Shown one piece after another: positions 24,401-29,864 of a stretch of 29,864 nt of DNA. The stretch is from a virus. Taxonomy: Duplodnaviria; Heunggongvirae; Uroviricota; Caudoviricetes. The position numbers were made by a program, and so were the translations under genes. The stretch lies in IMG/VR virus record IMGVR_UViG_3300047160_006104, positions 1 to 29,864 of that record, one strand, 5' to 3'. The notes under the pieces are model-generated. The model did no database searches. It was not told where the DNA came from and was given only the letters and a program-made list of their open reading frames with translations. The number at the start of each line of letters is the position of its first letter. Within the stretch, counting starts at the first letter, position 1.

Positions 24401-25433
24401 TCAAGCGTTGGGGCAGCCGCCGGTGCAGTTCGCCGCGCCGCCGCTGACCGGCGGCTCGTTCGGGCAAGGAACACCCGGCGAGTTGGGGCCGATCCCGATC
24501 GACCAATTCGAGGCATACAAAAAAGCGCACGGCGGCCAACCCCCGCCGCTACCCAACGTTGCCGGTAAAGACTTCGACGGCTGGGTGCTCGACAATACCG
24601 ACCCTGCCAAAGCGAAAAACTATGTTCCGCACGAAAGAACACCCGGATCGGCGCCGGGACCGCAGACCCCGCCGACGCCGCCCCCGGCCCCGCCGGCAAC
24701 AGGGCCGGGAGCACCGTGGGGGCCGCCTAACGCACAAGGACAGCGACCGTTTGAGCAGTTACCGCCGATAACCACGGCCCCTAACATTTTCTCAGGGCCA
24801 GCATTCAAATCTTCGGAAACGCCGTCTCCGCACGGCAAGAACCCGATTGAAAGGATGACCGCATCCGACGGCTCACTGTTTTGGCAGGACACGGTGACCG
24901 GCGAAGCAGTGGGACCGGATGACATCTACGACCGCCCGATCAGGCAGCCCGACGGGACCATGTCTCCGGCAATTCCGCGGCCAGCCCCACCTGCGCCGCC
25001 GCCGCCGCCTACGCCGACAACACCGACACCGCACGGGCCTCAATCGGCGGCGCCGTCAGGCTACTACGAGCCGTCAGGGGGTGATGTGATCAACGCCCAG
25101 ACTGTCAGCGCTTACAGCCCCGGTCAAGGCGCCGGAATCGGCGGCGACACCGGCGTCTTCGGAAGCATCGCGAGTTTCCTGCCGTGGTCGTGGCTACATC
25201 CCGCCGCCGCCGCGATGGGTCAATCACCATCGACGCTGGCCGCGCACATGACCACGCGGCGCCCCGACGAAAAATTCGCTGGCCTGCAAGCCCACGACCC
25301 GCGGGCCAACATCACCATCCACAACACCGGCTATGTCGACGACCGCAACCAACTCAAAGCGATCAACACGGGCCTGCAGAACGCGACGCGGGGCCAGTCC
25401 ATCGCGCACCCGATGAGCTACCGGTTGACCTGA
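18462..25433 (+). CDS. Tape measure protein with C-terminal cargo domains (2323 aa)
   Basis: Longest ORF, directly after the chaperones. The helical Ala/Gly-rich N-terminal ~900 aa are followed by FxxGG-delimited cassettes, a lysozyme-like segment (~21975-22300) and an H-x6-D...HxH peptidase-like domain (~23150-23500). Confidence 0.93.
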   Translation: MPFPGELGAVYVSVVPSLAGSSASFAAGAQAHADAYLKSFSDRTSQELPRVLKEAMDRAMGGSGGAFHGLGEGIAQGIGQSIAASLPHALSSAFSNVSGGSIAQLLLGKFAPEMAKVAENFGLFGQQHSKAYREAFERHFSEAGGVASTATKEFEKIGTASKNAALTAAELWALSGKAREHAGAVKEAAESMRAFGVTQRAVFTENVAHWTNVIAATKALGGKMGEAVRQWSPEANAAMDLVGDGMAKAMSSKMKLGLVGIGLMAADVLVKDVKNVVHLVEHEFDAFAQVGKHGAETLVEGFTSIVEGKMPNMMRAFDVLEEGFQKVINLPFDVLRTEIDNTIGHIPILGRIFKVPLDMAQGAMNAIFPFFDEFKNLGGQVMNTMMQIGNEYQEMTRIIAGSTVDTGAIEKYAGAVRDIMASGAVVHFEDVAENIGRLSANISGLDMSHLKELTTTLAEADELVGHIDATKFAGILNAWDLDGKQANETLTMLVNTARQTGIEFNMMTDEMTRVGPAMRELGYDAAQSATFFAKMTQEGERGTRLIFGMNEIVTKMSALVERGVFRSVQEGWEGLVAGVQKLAAQGSAAADSMAISLLKQYTTPSTASLLYEDLKNHILDASSAMKVLQGTDQDLGEAVEKTKSLGQAFEVLGQQVRAGLAPIGVGLAEALVGMSDKVGNWLKENQGKLVHWGAEFAQTFLGIMGQATSTMMSIVSAAGPLFEAFAKAISGYAIYITDVLRPVFSALSHLPGLGPTMGSVADALQKMRTVAGEGFDIPIAKALSEANSKVQEFVSNTIPQLQSGLGQIDSNFQKTDEITKAFTENFGGKLTEAFQVVTDAAGKPGLQLLGTPEQWDEVINKLKAQGIRLKRDIAGDIIDIQFDSPEAKARLDKWWDENVTNSTNKKPANVKMQAQNKSGTNIDSTSDLLETGTAKLNLEVQSSGPSAPIIQIGPPAALSVTQPAPAPAPPAHAAGGYIDSYGFVHGSGPGNVDSVGPVKLPIGSYVIRKPMVDQYGAFLRSQPVSRANGGYMDAMLAPGEMVMPPGGPTGLWAAINSGAAGFQDGGETGGLPFFQHASAQTAEQPYRRDVVKELLLGVFKGAAKGIGLNLDWLGKPKEMAGTTGAPYTMTVTVPAGSPAAGAPPTGYAPYAPSTAGQTGPGHVGMPADAGNMATYIRSQGKAAGLTPTEIGMVLAVMQHEGKGPTGNYSMGFGPEAKAQGYNFDEDPLSAVDQFLRQYTSRFGRRPNLDRNDANQVAEYIWHVVHGAADPNYVAGLFSVYPGPVAFGAGGLAGFANGGGADDLLAVTGLGDINKPAPGPSSTMLGLLGSAKPSAAASLLYNVLYPDPTNLPKPRQPKDWYSMVAPQGAAKDVGGSGFVSPHLWGPGAYMAPGPPQRLGPLTDKLGRLKYNVDLSLQGEALLDRPGTHINRPPGMSDADYAALTRAPGMFDPRMTLDPSRTRIYDEHDPMNVARMAWNAGATATEMMLDPARYFGGHEHGELDKPGAAHPTLSSWQEWLNPTGLFKWVHIPRFNKGGHGDDCGCPMCKGGAVGFNVGGLAVPLNTEGAQADTIAVAEAIAQTYNLPGSMMQMYYPADDLREHSSGEAVDVMVGLDNMTLGNAVRDYALANHDYYGVEYAIWQQTLWYPNGTNEKMGDRGSPRQNHRDHVHIRTAGGGFPKGQQPGPDWAKGVPGTGWTSQTPATGAVYLDSAGLPAGTPVGGAPGGAGGAPGVTTSTATPGELVPRQYPTPNIPIGPQGPQGAYTPFIPGHTPLGVTPYNYQQWTAAYIERDKEIGKLSSDIQTQTQQIADITRQRDLWHNYWETLNTKYQQEYAQDPRLALLDTETQNKMKNAASKESEFNKQLAGLSGQITDENAQMEALRAKGMPLPTTDEKYLTVSQQLGAGLVKGIFQELGFPDVFGKAVTSWGLWKLAMGGLGYGIDLWQQFKGAQEAPHYGTRAPAGPVSTAPSAANIAGVNAAQALGQPPVQFAAPPLTGGSFGQGTPGELGPIPIDQFEAYKKAHGGQPPPLPNVAGKDFDGWVLDNTDPAKAKNYVPHERTPGSAPGPQTPPTPPPAPPATGPGAPWGPPNAQGQRPFEQLPPITTAPNIFSGPAFKSSETPSPHGKNPIERMTASDGSLFWQDTVTGEAVGPDDIYDRPIRQPDGTMSPAIPRPAPPAPPPPPTPTTPTPHGPQSAAPSGYYEPSGGDVINAQTVSAYSPGQGAGIGGDTGVFGSIASFLPWSWLHPAAAAMGQSPSTLAAHMTTRRPDEKFAGLQAHDPRANITIHNTGYVDDRNQLKAINTGLQNATRGQSIAHPMSYRLT

Positions 25434-26533
25434 TGACCCTACCCGCGTTCGTTTTCCCGCCCGGCCCGACGGTCACGTCGCTGGGCACCCCGCCGCTGCT
25501 GGATCTGCCGGTCCCGTTTGGGATGTTGCCGCCGAAGTTGCAGGGCATGGGCACCACCGTCATCTACGTCGACCCGCTGGGGAATCTGTTCGACTTGGCC
25601 GGACCCAACGCTGGACGCCAAGGTGTGCGGTTGTGGCAGTCGCTGAACGGGGACCAGCAGTGGCCGTTCGAACAAGTGTTCAGCCATTCGCCGTACATCA
25701 TGGGTGCCTCCATCAATCGGCAAAACATCCCCGAACGGAAATTCAACCTCGGCGTGGTCATCGGCTCACACAACCCGCCGATGAGCGAGTATCAGTACCG
25801 GATGGCTGAAGACGCCTGGTGGGCCGGCCAAGACGAAACCAACGACGCCTGGATGGGTGTCTACACCCGGTTTTCGGGGTGGCGGTGGATACCGGTGCGG
25901 CCGTGTGAAACGGTGAAAACCCCGCAAGCTATCGACTCCACCGCGTTCGGCAACAACGCGTCGCGCTGGGACCTCGAATGGTGCGCGGCGCGGCCTTATT
26001 TCACCAAACCTGCCCTGTTCGCGACGTGGCAGGCCGCCACGTCAGGTCCGGCTGCCGCGCCGCCGGGCGCCCTGCTCGGCGGGCTGATCAACGACCTGAT
26101 CGGCCCCCTGTATCACTCGGGTACTCTGCATCTGGCTAACCGCGGCGACCTCCCGTCGTTCGTGTCTTACCTGGTGTCCTCACCCGGGCAGGCCATTGTG
26201 CAGGACAACAACTCCACCCGGATGGTCACCCTGCCGCACACCGCGGCGTCCACCGGCAGCTACCTGTGTGACACCGAACCCGCGCACCGAACCCTGACCG
26301 CCGCCAACGACCCGCAAGACAACCTGCTGTTCGACCTGATCCGGCAATCCCAGATCCTGAACTTCTTCCTGTCCGGGGTAGCGCAGGAAGGGTTGCCGCT
26401 GATGCTGGCGTTCACCAACCGGTTTCTTTACCAGATTCCGCCGGCCACCGAGGTGGCGTTCACCGTCTACCACTCCAACCCCGCCGGAGTCATCACCGCG
26501 TCGGTGCCTCAACGGTTCAAGCGAAGCAGGTGA
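25433..26533 (+). CDS. Minor tail protein, distal tail (Dit)-like (366 aa; start ATG 25433)
   Basis: TGATG coupling with the tape measure. VIYVDP.GN.FDLAGP.AG.QGV and W.GV.TRFSGWRW..VR motifs match mycobacteriophage first minor tail proteins. Confidence 0.8.
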   Translation: MTLPAFVFPPGPTVTSLGTPPLLDLPVPFGMLPPKLQGMGTTVIYVDPLGNLFDLAGPNAGRQGVRLWQSLNGDQQWPFEQVFSHSPYIMGASINRQNIPERKFNLGVVIGSHNPPMSEYQYRMAEDAWWAGQDETNDAWMGVYTRFSGWRWIPVRPCETVKTPQAIDSTAFGNNASRWDLEWCAARPYFTKPALFATWQAATSGPAAAPPGALLGGLINDLIGPLYHSGTLHLANRGDLPSFVSYLVSSPGQAIVQDNNSTRMVTLPHTAASTGSYLCDTEPAHRTLTAANDPQDNLLFDLIRQSQILNFFLSGVAQEGLPLMLAFTNRFLYQIPPATEVAFTVYHSNPAGVITASVPQRFKRSR

Positions 26534-26537
26534 CCCG

Positions 26538-28547
26538 TTGACTCTGCCGCTGAGCCTGCCCGAAACCCTGCCGCAAGCAACACCACCGCCGCCCGCGGTT
26601 GCGGCGCCGCCGACGGTCACGCCTATCGACGCGACCCGGCAATGGGTGTACAACCTGCTGCCGGTGCCCGGCGCCGCCGGGCTACCCGACCAAGTCAGCG
26701 ACCCGGCAGCGCTGGCCACCTACCTCGACGGCACGAGGCAACTGCTGCTGCACCGCGCCAAGCAGCGCCCGATGATCCGCATCACCGACGGCGACCTGGT
26801 CAACATGTATCAACTGACCGGGGAAATCGACTGCTCGGTGGAAGAACTGATGGCCGACACCGGCAAATGCACGGTCACCATCCTGTTCGACAACTGGCTG
26901 ATGGACTGGATGATCAACCAAACCAACCTGATCTCCGACCTGAACCTGATCATCGACTACGACCCCACCAACCCGAACTGGCGCAGACGGTGGGGCGGGA
27001 AAATCACCGAAATCCACCTCCTCAAAGACGACAAAGGTGTGCATTCCATCAAACTGGAGGCGCTGCATTTCCGTGAACACGCCAAACACCTGCTGGTCGC
27101 CGCCAACCCGATCTTCCCACCCGAAATTCAGCTACCCAGACTGTGGGTGCTGCCCGGACCGTTGCGGACCGTGCTGGCCATCACCAGCCTGGTCAACTTG
27201 GGCCGCATTTTCGTGCCGGGCTGGTCGACGATCGACAACATCTTCAACCCGGCCGGCTGGATCAACCCGCTAGGCCCCGACGCGGTGCTGCAGGTCACAC
27301 CGCGGGAATGGCCCATCCAAATCGCGTTCGTCAACCCCGTGCTAGATCAATCCCGCTGGACAGCGATGGGCGCCGGATGGACCTCAACCTGGCACGAAGC
27401 CTACGAAGGGCTACTCACCGACGCCGGCTGCGCGATGAAGTGCTACACGTATCTGACCACCGACGAAGACTCACCCAACACCGAGCTAGCGCAACTGCTG
27501 AACCTGGCACCCGAATTGGCGCAGCTGATCACGGGGCATCCGGCGACCGCGTTGCAGGCGAACCTGAACAAGCTGGTCGCGCCGCTGCGTAACTGCGTGA
27601 TGTTCTCCTTCGAAAACGTGTCCGGGGTCACCGGCCCGACCGGCACCGCAGCCGACGGCGCCATCGACCTTATCGCCGTCACCCTCGACAACCTGATCAC
27701 GCCGATAGCGATCGACCTGAAAACCGGCAACACGTTCGACCCCGGCGGCCAACTCAACGGGGAACCCATCGAGCAGGCCTCCGGCATCGACCGCACCTAC
27801 CTCATCGAACAACTCGCCGGAGTCGCACCCGGCCCACCCAAAGTCATTTGGTGGGACTCCACCTACAACGGCATGACTACGACGGACATCCACCTCCGCA
27901 AAGGCCCCGTCAAAACGGTGATGGTCGGCTCCAAGAGCCCCGAAATCGTCAACCAAGCCCAAACCTTCGCCATCCGCTACGGCCTAGCGCAACTCTCCGA
28001 CGTCATCAACACCAACCTCGCCGAAACAGGTTCAGGCGGCCAAACCCAAATCCAGGGAACCCCAGGCCTCGAAGATCTCTACCAAGGCCAACTCGACAAC
28101 ACCCTATTCGCCTGGGAACGCTTCACCGACCCCATGCGCGCCCTCTACACCGGCGACCTCGCATTCCAAGAACACTTCGAAAAAGGCCAATCCGGCACCG
28201 CCTACACCCTCGCGTCTTTGATCGACCTCCGCAAAGGCAACTGGGACACCCGCGCCTACGGCATGTTCAAAGCCACCACCATCAACGGCTACCCCTGGCT
28301 GGCCAACTGGGACTACTTCGTCGCTGACCGCGTCGGGTTCGAACAAAACGGCATCATCTGGACCGACAACGTGTACGGCATCAAACGTACCTGGGACTGG
28401 GAGAACCCTATGGAAGTCGTCATGACCATGGGCCAAGACCGACAGAAAGACGATCCTTTCGGCGCCGCTTTCAAAACAATGGCCATGATTTATAACTTCA
28501 TCGGTAACCTCGCTGGTGAAGGCACCATTTTCGCGGGAACCGGATAA
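26538..28547 (+). CDS. Minor tail protein, baseplate hub/Tal-like (669 aa)
   Basis: Synteny plus RP.IRI.D, RRWGGKIT, H.KHLL..ANP.FPPE.QLP..W.LPG and D..V.DR.GFE motifs. Confidence 0.8.
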   Translation: MTLPLSLPETLPQATPPPPAVAAPPTVTPIDATRQWVYNLLPVPGAAGLPDQVSDPAALATYLDGTRQLLLHRAKQRPMIRITDGDLVNMYQLTGEIDCSVEELMADTGKCTVTILFDNWLMDWMINQTNLISDLNLIIDYDPTNPNWRRRWGGKITEIHLLKDDKGVHSIKLEALHFREHAKHLLVAANPIFPPEIQLPRLWVLPGPLRTVLAITSLVNLGRIFVPGWSTIDNIFNPAGWINPLGPDAVLQVTPREWPIQIAFVNPVLDQSRWTAMGAGWTSTWHEAYEGLLTDAGCAMKCYTYLTTDEDSPNTELAQLLNLAPELAQLITGHPATALQANLNKLVAPLRNCVMFSFENVSGVTGPTGTAADGAIDLIAVTLDNLITPIAIDLKTGNTFDPGGQLNGEPIEQASGIDRTYLIEQLAGVAPGPPKVIWWDSTYNGMTTTDIHLRKGPVKTVMVGSKSPEIVNQAQTFAIRYGLAQLSDVINTNLAETGSGGQTQIQGTPGLEDLYQGQLDNTLFAWERFTDPMRALYTGDLAFQEHFEKGQSGTAYTLASLIDLRKGNWDTRAYGMFKATTINGYPWLANWDYFVADRVGFEQNGIIWTDNVYGIKRTWDWENPMEVVMTMGQDRQKDDPFGAAFKTMAMIYNFIGNLAGEGTIFAGTG

Positions 28548-28549
28548 TT

Positions 28550-29104
28550 ATGGCGCAATTTTCAGGTAATCGTAAACGCAGCGTTCCGGGTGACGATCCG
28601 GCGAAGTTGCCGTTCGGCGAGTTCGGGGAATTGACCCATAAAACCATCGAGGCCGCCGGGCTGACCGGTGAGGCGAAGCTACGCGCGCAGGAAATGCTGA
28701 AAGTTCAGGCCGCTTATCTGCAGATTTTGGATTGTTTGTCCTACCCCACGGATCCGGAAGGGCATGTGCATGATTTGTCGGCGTTGGGTCCGACGAAGAT
28801 CGCGATCGCGTGGACGTTGGCGTTGTGCGGTGCCCGGTTTTCCGGGAAGCGGTACATCAAGAAACGCGGGTTTTCCGCCAACGGGTGTTATCAAAATGCT
28901 CATACCTGGGTTGATGTGCGCGCCCCCGATGATGCGGCGGCTGAGCTGCGGCCTGAACACCGCAGCAGCGACCCCGCGTTGGCGCCTGACACCCGGCGTT
29001 TAGCGGCGATCCGTGACGGTGACGCGGCGATGGTGATGCCGGACGGCTGGCATGTTGCGCCGAAGGTGACGGAGGAATTCGTGCCCAGGCAGGAGCGCAG
29101 ATGA
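28550..29104 (+). CDS. Minor tail-region protein (184 aa)
   Basis: Coupled between two minor tail genes, at the position of the small conserved gene that follows the hub gene in mycobacteriophages. Confidence 0.55.
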   Translation: MAQFSGNRKRSVPGDDPAKLPFGEFGELTHKTIEAAGLTGEAKLRAQEMLKVQAAYLQILDCLSYPTDPEGHVHDLSALGPTKIAIAWTLALCGARFSGKRYIKKRGFSANGCYQNAHTWVDVRAPDDAAAELRPEHRSSDPALAPDTRRLAAIRDGDAAMVMPDGWHVAPKVTEEFVPRQERR

Positions 29105-29864
29105 CCACTCCCGGCATCGGTGACATTGTGTATTTGGCGTCGGCGCTGATCAAGGTGACTCCCACGGTGGTGCAGACCTACCCGGACACGCCCAGCCAGT
29201 ACAGCGCTGATTTGAAGGTGATCGGTGACCCCGGCGGGTGGGACCTCTCGGCGCTGGCCGGGCCTTCGGGGCCGGCCGGTAACGCGTTGTTCTGCCTGCG
29301 CAACGCCTACGATGTGGACCCCACCCGCCCCATCGTCAACAGCCCCGCGCAGTTGCCCACCGATTTGACCAACACCGCCGCCGACATCGGCCTGTACTGG
29401 CCGATCGACACACTCGACGCCTACGGCCATGTGGTGATGACCAACGTGTACGTGTGGTACGGCACCGATTCCGGCTACGCCGGAGGGTGGCGGACACTGA
29501 TGACCGGTTCGGTGGGTCCGCCGGGACCGGTCCCGCAGGTTCAGGTGTCCGTCGTCAACATCACCCCGCAAACCCTGCCCGCCTACCCCGACACCACCAG
29601 CTTCATCGCCACATCCGGTCCCACGCTGCAGCCGAGCTGGGTTTTCAACCTGGCTGTGCCCGCCGGCCCGGTCGGGCCGCCCGGCGGCGCTGTCGGCATA
29701 CATTTGGCCGCGTTCCCCGATGTCGACGTGACCAGCACCGCCCCCACCGATCCGTCTGTGCTGGGATTCGCCGGGAACCTCACCACCTTTGAGCAGCCGT
29801 TATGGCAGCCGCTGGCGGTCAACCCCGCCGTCCTGCAAACCTATTCGATGCCGCAGTCCGCGTT
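29101..29864 (+). CDS. Minor tail protein with short collagen-like GPxG segments, 3'-truncated by the window end
   Basis: Not in the ORF track. ATGA overlap at 29101, frame open to the end: MTTPGIGDIVYLASALIKV...LAGPSGPAG...GSVGPPGPVP...VPAGPVGPPG... Confidence 0.75.
   Translation, partial: MTTPGIGDIVYLASALIKVTPTVVQTYPDTPSQYSADLKVIGDPGGWDLSALAGPSGPAGNALFCLRNAYDVDPTRPIVNSPAQLPTDLTNTAADIGLYWPIDTLDAYGHVVMTNVYVWYGTDSGYAGGWRTLMTGSVGPPGPVPQVQVSVVNITPQTLPAYPDTTSFIATSGPTLQPSWVFNLAVPAGPVGPPGGAVGIHLAAFPDVDVTSTAPTDPSVLGFAGNLTTFEQPLWQPLAVNPAVLQTYSMPQSA

Noticed and set aside
24640-25050. Pro-rich repeats in the tape measure and PE repeats at 14063-14109 and ~17651
   Set aside because: Ordinary low-complexity linkers with no evidence of a distinct function.
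25184-25432. N-terminal extension of the Dit-like ORF
   Set aside because: It overlaps the tape measure end; the TGATG coupling at 25433 is the better start.
1-29864. Diversity-generating retroelement, CRISPR array, tRNA, integrase or IS
   Set aside because: I saw no reverse transcriptase, no adenine-specific TR/VR pair, no regularly spaced repeat-spacer array, no cloverleaf and no recombinase or transposase motifs.

Overview
A high-GC segment of a siphovirus-type actinobacteriophage or prophage; the protein families look mycobacteriophage-like. It covers the virion structural module. From left to right: the 3' end of a probable head-maturation/scaffold gene; a ~9.8 kb fibre/appendage cassette (1106-10922, mostly on the minus strand); an HK97-fold major capsid gene with a terminator; a NUMOD4-HNH and a degenerate ParB-like moron; head-tail joining genes; an antisense HNH; the major tail gene; tail assembly chaperones with a GGGGGAA -1 frameshift; a 2323-aa tape measure with several C-terminal cargo cassettes; and four minor tail genes. 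The cassette encodes three GxGxL-repeat stalk proteins, an SGNH esterase, a lectin-like domain, a GT-A glycosyltransferase and a fibre-adaptor-like protein. The most unusual element is this cassette. One plus-strand fibre gene faces minus-strand fibre genes, and all carry an in-frame L-P-W-x-L-P-type DNA motif in opposite orientation, including an exact 18-bp inverted repeat (1814-1831 / 8584-8601). That layout could swap fibre domains by inversion, but no recombinase is visible in the window. Also notable are sharp A/C-ending versus G/T-ending codon patches inside single genes and several leaderless TANNNT-N6/7-start promoters. All family assignments come from motif recognition, not database searches.
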